From Octopus vulgaris (taxonomy: Eukaryota), in the NCBI GenBank assembly GCA_951406725.2, contig OX597822.1:56978001-57042000 (forward strand): a DNA stretch of 64,000 nucleotides, in the 5' to 3' direction. The position numbers were made by a program, and so were the translations under genes. The first letter of the stretch is position 1. The number at the start of each line of letters is the position of its first letter. The notes under the pieces were generated by a model. It searched no databases. It saw only the letters and a program-made list of their open reading frames with translations, and had not been told where the DNA came from. Below, in pieces: positions 12,584 to 25,231 of this stretch.

Positions 12584-12990
12584 CAGTAGTCTTATTTTTA
12601 TCACATGATTTCACTACACAACCGAGCGCAGCTCTTTGTATCTTTTTGTAACTTGAGTACGTGCTGTGGTTTGCTGCGGTGCCTTTATTTTCACTGTATT
12701 GAAAGTGATTTACGTAGGATATGTACGGTGCCTAGTAGTGCTATTTTCTGTATGTCATATACATTCGTAAGTCCTGATGTCTTGGTTATGTATTTGTCTG
12801 AATGATTTGAATCATGCCTAATGCACCTATTATTATAGAGATTGTTTCTGATTTTAGGCTCCACATTCCAGATCCTTGTATTTTGAGAGTTTCTCCAATT
12901 CTTTTAGAGATATATTGTCATCTCTTGGTATTGATACATCGATTAAAAGGCTTTTTCCTTGGTGATCCCTGACAACTATATATAGCCTTT
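12584..12990 (-). mobile_element. 5'-truncated R4/Dong fragment (RLE domain plus 3' UTR) inside (ATT)n
   Basis: IVVRDHQGKSLLIDVSIPRDDNISLKELEKLSKYKDLE; 3' end cagtagtc matches the element at 22002. Confidence 0.85.
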
Positions 12991-13008
12991 TATTATTATT
13001 ATTATCAC

Positions 13009-13077
<69 letters not shown>

Positions 13078-13089
13078 CATTATTATATT

Positions 13090-14152
13090 GTCTTTGCACA
13101 GCTTCTAACGCTGGAGATGTAATACCATGTCAGCAGTTCACTACCAGTGAACTAAGGTAACACCCCTTATTTTTCGAGCACCATCTGGAGTATAAGAGTG
13201 AATCCTAGCAGTGTTGTCTTCTGCAAGTGCTCCACCGTTATTGCAGCCCCTATTTGTTCTCAAGATTTTTACTCACTGTTCTCAGGGCTCCAGCAATTAT
13301 CGGTACTACTACCACCTTTTCTGTGACCACAACTGCTGAACCTCCCAAGCTAACCTGTTATATCTATCGACTTTTCTTTCTTCCTTATCGCATACCTTGT
13401 TGTCAGCAGGGTATGCTATATCTATGATCCAGAAATCGTTTGCTTTCTTTCTGAATTAACTCTATGTCTGGTTTCCTATTCTCTATTTCATGGTCACGCT
13501 GAATCATAAAATACCATAGGATCTTTGCATTATCATTTTCGATGATACCTTCAGGTTTATATTCGTACTACATTTTTACTCTGTCAAGTCCATACTTATT
13601 TCAAAGTGTCCAATGGATAATCTTTTCTATGTCATGACGTCTCTTATATTATTTCTGGACTAGTAACGTACATTGACTGGTAATATGCCATACAGTTTCA
13701 CCATTTTGTCCGCCATATTGTTTTCTTCTGCTCTAATGCTGTGTTCACATCCAATCAGTCCGCTTCCCCTCCCCCTTTTTCTTAGTACATACAAGTCTGT
13801 CTGTGTAACTCTCTGGGTAGAGTATCCCATATCTCGTCAGCAACTTCCTTGTCTTGCTGTTTAAGCTGTTTAGTTCGCCTACTGTCTATGCGATTATTCC
13901 TGCTCCATATCTAAGGAGTGAAACCGCCCAGGTGTGATAGCTTCAATCTTATTCCGTCCGCTTAATTTCGACTTAAGGATCAGTCTCAGTCTGCACAATC
14001 ACTCCACCTTAAATTTTTTTTTCTGCCATTTCTTTCTCCATCAATTTATCCATTTCTTATAGCCCGTCTCTTCTATCTGCTTCATAACCTCCCCTGACGG
14101 TATCGCTAGCCCGTCCATACATTATTATTATTATTATTACTATTATTATTAC

Positions 14153-14212
<60 letters not shown>

Positions 14213-14700
14213 CATCATCATCATCAATCTATTGCATGCTATATTAGTTAAGGTTGTTATCTTGTGGTTTGGTAACAAGAGGTGGCCCAAATCTTCAGAA
14301 TCTTTCTTCGGATTCTTGCAAAATAGAGGATGGTACTTTTCTGTAGATCGAGAAATCTTGTCTCAATCCCAATATTCTTCAATCTTTTATGTAATAATTT
14401 GGTTGTTGTGCCAAGTGTACTAATTATCATTGAAACGATTGTCGCCTTTGTGTTCCTCAATCTCTTCATCTCACAGGTTACGTTCTGAGATTTTTCAAGT
14501 TTCTCAATTTCTTTGATACCTGCTCTATCAACATACGATATTGCAAGATCAATGATCTTACATTGTTTGGTTTTTTTTGCCCTCTACAAGCGTAACTAGT
14601 CTCCTTGCTTTAATAGCATGGCTAGGTTTTATAGAGAAATCCCATAAAATCCTCAAAATCATTCACAGTCACTGCCTTTGGTTCAAAGTGACATTTTTTC
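13090..14700 (-). mobile_element. Further degenerate R4/Dong-like RLE fragments separated by (ATT)n/(ATC)n
   Basis: KILWYFMIQRDHEIENRKPDI-like peptide near 13450-13530; ORF 14257-14469 (IISTLGT...LQKSTILYFARIRRKIL) resembles the RLE C-terminus. Confidence 0.6.
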
Positions 14701-15602
14701 TGTCTATATCGACCATGAGTACGAGGTGCTTGCGGCAGCGCCAGCAGAGTGGAAGCAGAAAACACGAGCACATCCACGTGGGCGGTGATAGGAACGGGAA
14801 CAAACAGGAAAAGAAGCTTGAGCACGGCCCCGTCACCACTGCTACGAGCACGGCCACTAGCACGGCGGCAAGCAAGGTCGCTATCACCACCAGCTTACAT
14901 GTTAACTCTACTGGCCGCAGGACAGTTCAAAGTGGCTTTTCTCTCACTTTGACTCCACACACATCCCTGTGCACATTTTTACCGATATGACATGCCTGTA
15001 CATATATTCATTTTGTACACTCCACCCTTTGTTATCTTTAGATTGTTTTAACCATCAGATTATGCGCGCGTGGGTGCGTGTTCGTATGATTGCTGCCTGT
15101 TAGAAGTTTAGGTCTATGTATATATTTGTAGATATGTGTTTTTGAGTGCTTGTGTGCAGGTATATCATTATATTAACCATTTCATGTATGTGTATGCGTC
15201 GGTGGGTGTTTGTGAGTACTTGTATGAGTGTGAATTTGCTTCTGTTTGCTATTATTATTTTCCTTGTTCTCTTCCTTCACCTTATGATCCCTCTTTCTTC
15301 CATCAAAATCGGAGATGACATTAAAGTTTGTATTTTTCTTTATGGGTATTATCGGATAATGGAAATGGTAAAGCAGCGGCCCACAAGCACTGAGGTGTTT
15401 AGTTTCTAAGCTTAAATTCGCCCGAAAGACTAGTTTTCATTTTATCGTATTCGAGAAGTAATCGATCAGATACTTGGATCATTTAAATCAACTGTTCATA
15501 CACAAAATAAATATGACCTTAAAGTAATGTAAGAAAGCGTTACTTCAAAGTTTAGCATTTATTTAAGACATGTTTAATATTTTTGTCTACTTCCACTCCC
15601 CC

Positions 15603-15800
15603 ACTAGCTGAATCGTAAGCACACCTGGCAAAGTCCTTTCGCCCGCCTTTACGTTCTGAGTTCAAATTCTGCCGAGGTCGACTTTGTCTTTCATACTATC
15701 GAAGTTGATAAAATAAGAACCAGTTGAGTGCTAGGGTTTATGTAGTCGAATTACCCCTCCCTCGAAATTGCTGGCCTTGAACCAAAATTTGAAACCAATA
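15603..15800 (+). mobile_element. tRNA-derived SINE (same family as 10375-11235)
   Basis: acgttctgagttcaaattctgccgaggtcgactttgtctttcat...ccaaaatttgaaa. Confidence 0.75.
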
Positions 15801-16759
15801 TTTTTGTCCGCTTTTCCAGAGATTATGTGTTTGCTCTTTGACTGAGTTTTATCAATCTTCGTCTTTATCAAACTCGTTCTACTAGCCTTTTACTAAGAGG
15901 TTTTAATTAGCTATTTCATCTCACGTTTCAGGTTTCCATCTGTCAGTCACAACTAGCGTCATTTCCCTTAAATATGCTCGGTTTGTTTCCATCTATTTGT
16001 CCTGTCATTCGGTCTTCTATTGTTTAATTCTCCTACTATTTCAGGTATTTGGGGGATTTTTGTAATAACCGCAGACAGTATCGTTTCTTTGCAATGTAAC
16101 ACAGAGTTTACCAAACCTAATATTGCAACAAACTTTTAACTCCTTACTTAGTAGAGCCTGTCGTAATTACATTTAGGATGGTGGGTGCTGTGCATTGTGA
16201 CAAGCTTTATAGTTTTTCCGCCTTATTCCTGCAGATCTGTTTTTAAGAGTTGTATGTCTTAATACTGCTATCACCCATCCTTTTTATTTAGTTTCAATCA
16301 ACTTTCAGTTCTTTCTTTTGTACACTTTTAAAACTTTTTATTTCTCTTTCCATTGAATTATCATCGTGCAGATTCCTCAGGTCTTTGTATCCATTATTAC
16401 ATCTCACTCGCATCTTCTGGTAATTCTATGTCATCATATTCAATCATTCAGCTTCGCTTCATAAACAAAACTACACACTTATTTGACTTAAACTACATAC
16501 CAATATTCGTGACTCATCATGACTACCCGTCTAATAAGGGTACACCAGGTACATGCATCACAACCATATGTGCGTGATATGTTGATCTTATATCACGATA
16601 AACAGTGCATGACCTTGCAGGTGGGGCCCAGTTAGAATTTTCTTCTGGTGGAGTAGCCCATCCCGCTCAGAAAGGTCCCTGAATAAGGATTATTTAAGGA
16701 TGTTGAACGAACCACCCATGTTTCCAAAGGTGAATTATCCAAACCTCCAAGAATTCCTT

Positions 16760-17340
16760 CCGCGAACTTACTCAACACATTGTGCGGTTCCAAGTATCGT
16801 TGCCAGTTGTGTACTTCCTATAAAGTAGCTTTTAATGCCAGAATATTGCTTCCTTTGAGATGGCCCCATGTGCACCATTCACAGGTGTCACACTAACTTT
16901 TTTGAGGCTCTATGGATGCATTTATTTTCCAATACTACGTCTTGGTACTTCTCACTTTGCTACGTTGATGAAGGTCCATTCTTTAGACTCCGTCTGCAGG
17001 ATAGTGATATCTGACGAGTTAAGTTGTGGCTTCTTATCTGTATAGGTTGGCATAGCCCATTTGAGTTTCACATCATCATTCACTCCTACTGGCAAAGGCT
17101 AGGGCTCATACCACTTGCTGGAACATTGTAGCCCATACTTTCTGCACATTCCCAGTGTATTCGCAATTCCACTTTGTCATAGCGTTTTGTGCTCTACTTG
17201 AGCCAGGTCTTATCATGCACTAGTTATGTCTGTCTTAAATTATTTTTTACATAATAGACACATAGGCGATACTGCGGTCTTGTCAGTGCTACATTTGATT
17301 GAGTTGGTTCGTAAAGCGTGTTCTTGGGTAGCAAAGATCA
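16760..17340 (-). mobile_element. Degenerate R4/Dong-like fragment (CCHC and RLE region)
   Basis: FATQEHALRTNSIKCSTDKTAVSPMCLLCKK; downstream WY..EP, LKWAMPIQIR remnants; bordered by (ATC)n/(ATT)n. Confidence 0.6.
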
Positions 17341-17437
17341 TCATCATCATCATCATCATTATCATCATCATCATCATTATCATCATCATCATCTTCATCG
17401 TCGTCATCGTCGTCACCATTATTATTATTATTATGAC

Positions 17438-17498
<61 letters not shown>

Positions 17499-17764
17499 AT
17501 GTTACTTCTCAAAGTTCTTGGTCTTATTGCTCTGTTTGGTTATATGAGAGCAGACAGCAACCTGTTGTCAGCGATCTCACAGTGTCTCTTTCGGCAAATT
17601 ATTAAGATTTGGTGCTTGGAAGTTAACTTATCGTGGAAGACACTAAACACCCACGTACCAATTATTATTATTATTATTATTATTGTTGTTGTTGTTGTTG
17701 TTGTTATCATTATTATTATTATTATTATTATTATCATCATCATCATCATTATTATTATTAAGTC

Positions 17765-17950
17765 GTCGAGCTGTTTGAGTCGTTAAAACGTCAGATAAAA
17801 TGCTTAGCGGCATTTCGTTTGCCTTTGCATTTTGAATTCAAATTCAGTGGAGGTCGACATTTTCTTTCATCTTCTTAGTGTCGATAAAATAAGTACCAGT
17901 CAAGAACTAGGGTCTAAGTAATCGACTAGCCCTCTACCTCAAAATTTCAG
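17765..17950 (+). mobile_element. tRNA-derived SINE (same family)
   Basis: aaatgcttagcggcatttcg...gaattcaaattcagtggaggtcgac...gtcgataaaataagtaccag. Confidence 0.7.
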
Positions 17951-18249
17951 CTATAAAGGTGGTGGGGTCAAAGAGTCGTCTTTATTATTTTACAACCTGT
18001 TTGCTAGTGCTGCTGTTTTGCTAGATATAAATAAAAACAAAACATACTGCAAATTCACAGGCAACAAAAGAAAAGTTTTTCGGATACAGAACGGAGCTAT
18101 TAATCAAAACAGATGAAGTGTGGAAGCCACCCCTGAACTGATCAGCCTATCAGATGGCACAAACCATTTTCTATCTACAACACTGTGGCTGTTGTTGTTG
18201 TTGTTGTTAAGCAACAAGACGGGTAAGGGTGATTAGGTGATGGTGTAGG

Positions 18250-19030
18250 GCTTAGGGGCGGGAGAACCCAGACCTTGAAAAAAAAAACTTTGGTCGTCTT
18301 GTTTGTAGTCAAGGGCTCTTCATTGACGCCCGACACCACTGGGAGGTGGCCCTCGAAGTCGCTGGAAATGGAGATCTCCAGGTGCAAATTCTTGGACGGC
18401 TATAAGATGGCTTGCAACTATTGGTGGCGTTTGAAGTCAAAAAGCCAAGATGTCACTTATGCGGTGACACAAACAATTTTCAATCTACAATACTGCTACC
18501 GACACCATAGCTTCAACAGCGACAACATCAACAACAAAAGCTGCATTATCAACAACAGTAGCACCAAAAGCGGCAGCAATAACAGCATTAACACAAGCAA
18601 CATAAACAACCACAAATATTACAGCAACAGTAATAACCGAAGCAGACACCACCGTCGTAGCACAGGAGAGCATCATTACCAACAGTTATAGTGTAAGAAA
18701 TATGTCCAAAGTTTCAACAAGTCATCTACACAGACACCAAATTCGAGCTCTGTACGGTCGACTTAAATAAAACTCGTAGACAGAGATATGGCTACTGGAA
18801 ATAAGCGATTATTTTCCAAAGCAGAAAATTTAGTCTAGATTAACAATTGAATTACACGACAGTTAACAGGGACAGTTGACAACAACTAGTGATGGGGTAC
18901 TCTGAAGAAAATGATTTGAGGTGAATCGATGGGTCTTAGTAAAACGAAAAGGCGTTAGAGATAAATAGATTAGATGAAGAATTAGTAAGTCAGATGAATT
19001 AATTAGGAAAGGCATCGTGACAGATCTGCC
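18250..19030 (+). mobile_element. Old internally deleted Tx1-like fossil (ORF1 zinc-knuckle region joined to end of ORF2 APE domain)
   Basis: VAFEVKKPRCHLCGDT vs VAVEGRKPKCFLCSSE; YTDTKFELCTVDLNKTRRQRYGYWK vs YTDHKLVICTVDLDRLHRQGPGYWK. Confidence 0.7.
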
Positions 19031-19034
19031 ACTC

Positions 19035-19436
19035 ACAACTATATTAATTATTACTGTTTATTACATGCCACACCAAACCACACCACATCATACCATATCA
19101 CACCACCCCGCACACACTAGCACACACCACTTCCCAGCATTCACACCATCATTCACACACCCACACATTACAGATGCATCTGTAATGTGTGGGTGTGTGA
19201 ATGATGGTGTGAATGCTGGGAAGTGGTATGTGCTACATCTGTAATGTGTGGGTGTGTGAATGATGGTGTGAATGCTGGGAAGTGGTATGTGCTACATCTG
19301 TAATGTGTGGGTGTGTGAATGATGGTGTGAATGCTGGGAAGTGGTATGTGCTAGTGTGTGCGGGGTTGTGTGATATGGTATGATGTGGTGTGGTTTGGTG
19401 TGGCATGTAATAAACAGTAATAATTAATATAGTTGT
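19035..19436. repeat. Spacer-less palindrome (142-bp left arm) whose right arm contains a 59-bp unit three times
   Basis: Centre cagatg|catctg at 19176/19177; units 19177-19235, 19236-19294, 19295-19353. Confidence 0.9.
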
Positions 19437-19639
19437 TGGTTATTACCGACCAAGGAGTTACCACTGGTTTAATACCTATAACCAATAATTATATTGATTA
19501 TATGTATATGTGTGTGCGTGTGTTTGTGTGTGTGTGTGTATGTGTGTATACGAACGTGCGTATGTTTGGATGTATATATATCTATCTGTCTTTGTATTTG
19601 TGTTGTGTTAATCAATCGTTATCGCTTAATAACTGAAGT

Positions 19640-19820
19640 TGCTTTGTTTACGTCTCCGTAACTTAGCAGCTCAACAAAAGTCGTCGATAGAATAAGTAAC
19701 AAACTTAAAAAGAAGTACTGGCATCGCTTTGTTCGTCTAAACCTTTCAATGCAGTGCTTCAGCATGGCCGCAATGCAATGACTGAAACAAGTAAACGATA
19801 AAACGAATAAAAGAAATAGA
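19640..19820 (+). mobile_element. 3' part of a second SINE family (also ~39170-39420, ~63190-63380 and, on the minus strand, 42890-43090 plus 43850-43980)
   Basis: Shared gtaacttagc...gatagaataagta...ttcaa.gc.gtgc.ccagcatggccgca...atgactgaaacaagtaaa. Confidence 0.65.
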
Positions 19821-19839
19821 ATAAAGCATAAAACTTGCC

Positions 19840-20420
19840 CTTGATTTGCAACATAGGTGTTTTCATCTAACTACATCACAAGCATGCCTGAGTTCTGTAA
19901 TCTAACAAGTTCACTGATCGAATCATTTGACATTTCGTCAGTTTTATGCTTTACTATGTCATTGGAAATTGCTATTGATTTCAAATTTAATACAATATTC
20001 TCTTCAATACACAACGGTGCATTGTGTAACACTGTTATGTAGCAGTTGTGCAATAGCTTCCTGAATCAAAGTTTCACGAGTTTTATCTGCTTTGCAATTT
20101 CTGACACAATATAGAATGCCTTTAAGCAAGATGAAGAGATGTAACATGTTCTTCTTTAGTTTGAATAGCAATTGCCTTATTTTTGAAAAAAAATACGCTG
20201 GCTTCCCTTCCATTTTTTAAATGATTATTCAAAAGACGTTTCTCCAATTATTTTATGGTATTAAATTTCTATTTGATATTTCAACGTTACATACAATACA
20301 CTTTTCTTTTAGCTCAACATGATTGCCACTGCATGTGTTTGGAAGCATCATATTACTTAGTTCCATCCTTGTTCTTAGCTAGGGCGGGGCGTAAAATCTT
20401 CTGTATCAGATTTCTGTTTT
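19840..20420 (-). mobile_element. Degenerate hAT (Charlie/Buster-type) transposase fragment
   Basis: NLKSIAISNDIVKHKTDEMSND...LVM*LDE resembles LSNDTV.RRI.EMS.DI...LQLDE; KPAYFF upstream. Confidence 0.55.
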
Positions 20421-20554
20421 ATGAATTTGTTCAATAATGTCACTCTAAACAAACATATTATATTTCTAAAACAAAAATGTCATTAGAAAAAGAAAAAATG
20501 ATTATTGAACACTTATTGTATAATGTTGAATAAAATACAAATTTTGTTGATTAA

Positions 20555-21590
20555 TACAGGGTGGAGCAGAGAGAACGGACGCTTTTGAAATTGCTATTAC
20601 TTAGCCCCAGAGGGAGGGACATATGTCCGACAGGTACTATTCAGTCCGTGGTGTCTTAGTCTATTTTGTTTCTTTTCTAGTAAAGCCATGGCCTTGTGGA
20701 CGATAGAGCATCTCGTGTGTGCCTACGACAGTTACGTGAAGAATAACGAGCCTGTCAAAGAAGTTCAGCGTGAGTTTCAGCACCACTTCGACATTCACCG
20801 AAATCCGGCTGTTCCCACCCGTAATACAATCTTATGTTGAGTGAATGCTCTTCGTACATGAGGTACACTAATGAATAGGAGACTGGTGGGGGCGCCACGA
20901 ACGGTAAGGATATCGGAAAATTTAGAACGCGCCAGACAAGCTTTGATACGGAGTCCGAATGTTCCGAGACATTCCACTGAACTTCGCATCGGTAATCGAT
21001 CGGTATTTTTTTACATAAAGACCGGCATTCCTACCCGTACAAATTGGTCGTTGGGCAACATTTGAAACTATGGGACTATGCACAGCGGGTTAACTTTGCA
21101 CGTCAGATGGAAGCAATTTTTGAGACAAATGACAACCCCATTTTGTTAATGAGTGACGAAGCCCAATTTTGTCTCAATGGCATGGTGAATCAGCAGAAAT
21201 GTTGTTATTGGGCTCTTGAATATCCATTTTTTAAAGACAATAATGGAAATGATGTTACTGTGAACTCCGAGCGTTCCATCGAGAAGACAAGCAATTTCTT
21301 TGTACCTGAATTACGACGAAAACATACGCCTATTCGACGTGTGTTGTTTCAGCAGGTTGGGGTGACGGCCCTCACAGCCAGAGCATCAATAGACGTCCTT
21401 CGCCCTCCCTTCGGTGCTGACATTCTCCAGGTTTGCTGACATTCCTTGGCCTCCTCGGTCCTCTGATTTGTCCATGTGTGATTATTTCTTGTGGGGAAGC
21501 CTTAATGCACCTGTGTATGCGCATAAGCCCCGTTCACTGGACGATTTGAAGGAAACTATTCGTGTGGAAGTTGCCCAATTCGACAGACTG
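20555..21590 (+). mobile_element. Degenerate Tc1/mariner-superfamily transposon
   Basis: TA-CAGGGTG TIR start; MSDEAQFCLNGMVNQQKC, FQQVGVTALTA, WPPRSSDLSMCDYFLWG. Confidence 0.85.
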
Positions 21591-21811
21591 ATAGGGCTTA
21601 TGCTTTCTTCTGCCCCAATAAGAGTTGGTGAGAATACTCATATACAATGACTTACATAAAGAAACTTGAGTCACACTAGTACTGGTCGTTTAATCCGACC
21701 GCAGTTCTTGACTTGAATATTTTCAGTTCTATATTTAAGAGATGAGGAATTATGTACATTATTTACATTATTTACAATTGACGGATATTTGTCCTCATCT
21801 TGTTTGTTGTT

Positions 21812-21857
21812 AACACAACGTTTCGGCTGTTATACCCTCCAGTCCTCATCAGGTGTC
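21812..21857 (-). ncRNA. Type I minimal hammerhead ribozyme
   Basis: Minus strand: GACAC-CTGATGA-GGaCTG(gagggtataa)CAGCC-GAAAC-GTT-GTGTT; palindromic AACGTT stem III. Confidence 0.75.
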
Positions 21858-21909
21858 TTGGGGAAATTTCTAACCTGGGTTCTCATTCCTAAGGTATTTT
21901 TCTATGTTG

Positions 21910-22001
<92 letters not shown>

Positions 22002-22004
<3 letters not shown>

Positions 22005-24548
22005 TAGTTTTATTTTTATAGCGTGCTTTCACTTCATTACCGAGCGCAGCTCTGTGTGCCTTGGGTATGTGTTGTGATTTGTTGTGATGCTCTGATGGTT
22101 ATTGTATGGAAAGTGTTCTGCGTAGGATGTGTGCAGTGCCTAGTAGTGCAATTTTCTGTATGTTATATGTGTTTGTAAGTCCTGGTGTTTTTGTTATGTA
22201 TTTGTCTGAATATTTTTTTATCATGCCTAATGCACCTACTATGATAGGAATTGTTTCTGTTTTCAGGTTCCACATTCTAGTTACCTCTATTTCCAGGTCT
22301 TTGTATTTTGAGAGTTTCTCCATTTCTTTTAGAGACACGTTGTCATCTGCCGGTATTGATACATCAATTAGAAAACATTTTTTTCTTCATGATCTCTGAC
22401 AACTATATCTGGTCTGTTGGCCTTAATTTCTCTATCTGTGTGTATCGGCATATCCCAGAGTATGGTTGCTTTCTCGTTTTCTGTGACCTTTTCTGGTGTG
22501 TGCCTATACCATCTTTTTTCTGTTGTTATTCCATAATGTTGGCATAGCTTCCAATGTATGTAGGTTCCAACTCTGTCATGTCTGTGAATATATTCCTTCT
22601 TAGCCAGGACTGGGCAGCTAGAGATAATATGATTTATTGTTTCTTGTCCATCTCCACATATTCTGCAGTTACTTGTAATATTTCTTTTCATTACATGTTT
22701 TTGGTAATTTCTGGTGGGGAGGCTTTGGTCTTGTGCTGCAATTAAAAATCCCTCTGTTTCTGCTTTGAGTCCTGAGCTTCTCAACCATTGCTGGGATTTT
22801 TCTTTGTCTATTTCTTTTGCGTTTAGTTTAGTGCAGTATTTACCATGAAGGGGCTTTTCTTGCCATCGTTTTATCATGGTTCGTTGCTGTTCTATTTTTA
22901 GTTTGGATTTCATTTGTTTTATAGCTTTTGTTGTTCCTTCATCATCTTCTTCTTCTTCTTTGTGTTTATTAGGTGGTATGATTTCTTGTTTGTATTTGTC
23001 AGCTTCCTTAAATACTGAGAACAGTTTTTTGTTTTGCTCGTGTTTTGCTGCTATCTGGATCAGTTTTCCTTCCTTCTGAAGTAGGTATTTTTGCAGTCCT
23101 ATGGTGGTTATTTTATAGTAGTTTTCCAGCTGTATAAGGCCTCTACCACCTTCTATACGTTGTATATATAGTCTTTCTATGTCAGATTTTGGGTGATGCA
23201 TCCTAGATCCTGTCATTATTTTTCTTGTTTTCCTATCTATTTTGGACAGTTCATTTCGTGTCCAGTTAAGGATATTGTAGCTGTAACTTATAACTGGGAC
23301 AGCTAAAGTGTTGATACCTATTATCTTGTTTTTAGCATTGAGCTCTGTTTTTAGTATTGATCTAACTCGTCTATAATATTCTTTTTTTATTTTCTCTTTC
23401 ATTTGTGTGTGTTGTGTCTTATCTAGTTCATGGATTCCTAAGTATTTGTAAGTTTGGCTTTGGTCTAATTCTTTTATTTCATTGGTTTTATCTAGTGTGA
23501 TGTTGTTACTCTTAACTAGTTTTCCTCTTTTCAGGGTTACTTTGGCGCATTTTTCTAATCCAAATTTCATATCTATTTCTTTGGTAAATCCATGAACTGT
23601 CTTTAATAGTGTTTCCAGCTGTTTGTCATTTGCAGCGTATAGTCTTAGGTCATCCATATATAAAAGGTGGCTGATCGTTTTGCCGTAACATTTATATCCG
23701 CATCCAGTTCTATTTAGCATATCAGATAGAGGTGACAGTGCCAAGCAGAAAAGGAGTGGAGAGAGCGTGTCTCCCTGGAATATTCCTCTTCTAATGGGGA
23801 TGTCTTTGGTTTTCATGAGTCCCTCTTTTGTTTGGAGGTGTAGGACTGTTTGCCATTTATTCATAGAGTGCTCTATGAATTTTATGATTGTTGGTGCTAC
23901 TTTGTTAATGGCTAGTGTTTCGAGGATCCATGTGTGGGGGATGCTATCAAACGCCTTTTTGTAGTCAATCCAGGCCATACTGAGGCCTTTCTTCTTTCTG
24001 TGGCTGTCTTCAGTTACGGCTTTATTAATCATTAGTTGATCTTTACAGCCATATGAGCCTTTGCGGCATCCTTTCTGCTCTTCTGGGAACAGTTTGTTTT
24101 CGTCCAGGTGCTTGTTCAGCCTTTGCGATATCACTGCAGTAAATGCCTTGAACATAGTAGGGAGGCAGGTTATTGGTCTGTAGTTTTCTGGTTTTGTTGT
24201 TTCATTTGATTTGGGAATTAAGATGGTTTTCCCCTTCGTGAGCCATTCAGGCATTGTCTCTGGCTCTGCTAGTATGCTGTTAAAGTTTTCAGCCAGCTTT
24301 TTGTGCATTCCTGTTAGATATTTCAACCAGAAGTTGGGGATCTTGTCATGCCCAGGTGCCTTCCAGTTGCTTAGTTTTTGCAGTGCCTGGGTGACCTCTT
24401 CAGTTGTTATGGGGGTCCAAAGTTGTTCAGATGCCGAGTTTGTTATTTTCATACTCCTTTTTTTTGGCTGTTCGTTCGCCGACCATATTTCTCTCCATGT
24501 TCGTTCGCCGACCATATTTCTCTCCATTACCATTACCATATTTCTCTC

Positions 24549-24550
<2 letters not shown>
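22002..24550 (-). mobile_element. Young 5'-truncated R4/Dong-clade non-LTR retrotransposon inserted in (TAA)n
   Basis: RT, CCHC and RLE ORF; flanked on both sides by (ATT)n on the + strand. Confidence 0.9.
22099..24498 (-). CDS. R4/Dong reverse transcriptase with CCHC finger and restriction-like endonuclease; 5'-truncated, one frameshift in a T7 run at 22378-22384
   Basis: NWKAPGHD, NYRPITCL, WIDYKKAFDS, GIFQGDTLSP, LYMDDL, YKYLG, CRICGDGQETINHIISSC, RHD, NRPDIVV, then KLSKYKDL in the next frame; poly-Ile N-terminus of the called ORF is microsatellite. Confidence 0.85.
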
Positions 24551-24606
<56 letters not shown>

Positions 24607-24622
24607 ATTATTATTATTATTA

Positions 24623-24698
<76 letters not shown>

Positions 24699-24714
24699 CA
24701 TTATTATTATTATT

Positions 24715-24853
24715 CAGGTCACTGCCTAGAACCGAACTCGGAATCTTGGGGTTAGTAGCCCACGCTCTTAACCACTATGCCATATGCCGTGGCATAGTGG
24801 TTAAGAACGCGGGCTGCTAACCCCAACGTTCCGAGTTCGGTTCTAGGCAGTGA

Positions 24854-24857
<4 letters not shown>
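24715..24857. promoter_or_regulatory. Two divergently oriented tRNA-derived heads (Pol III A and B boxes); 68-bp inverted arms with a 7-nt spacer
   Basis: TGGCATAGTGGTTAAG (A box), ggg-CTGCTAA-ccc (tRNA-Ser(GCT)-like anticodon arm), GAGTTCGGTTC (B box); 5 mismatches between arms; no full cloverleaf. Confidence 0.75.
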
Positions 24858-24947
<90 letters not shown>

Positions 24948-25231
24948 CAATTCTTTTTTATTGGCCACAAGGGCTGACACGCATGATTACATAAAGGGAC
25001 AGGACAGGACGAAAGGTTACAAAGGGTTTTGTCCGTTTGTTAAAAAATCCGTGTAAAAAAAAAACTTTAAAACAATGATTATTAAAACAATGAAAAACTC
25101 CCAAAAGGGGGAGACGTCTCGAAATGTTCCCGGTGGAAAAAACCCTACAAAAGCCAACGGGAGCCTGGTCAAAAAAAGGGGGTGTAGAGAGTCCCCTTTC
25201 TTCTCCTTTTACATTACCTTTTTCTTTGAAA

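Noticed and set aside
18898-18962. CTGAAGA...CGAAA possible hammerhead
   Set aside because: No stems; the region translates as degenerate Tx1 ORF2
19177-19353. CRISPR-like array
   Set aside because: Identical contiguous 59-bp units with no spacers, eukaryotic context, no cas genes
24552-24701. Poly-Ile N-terminus of the 777-aa ORF
   Set aside because: Read-through of the (AAT)n target repeat upstream of a 5'-truncated element
24790-24857. tRNA-Ser gene
   Set aside because: Has A/B boxes and an anticodon-like arm but no acceptor stem or long variable arm; treated as a SINE-type head
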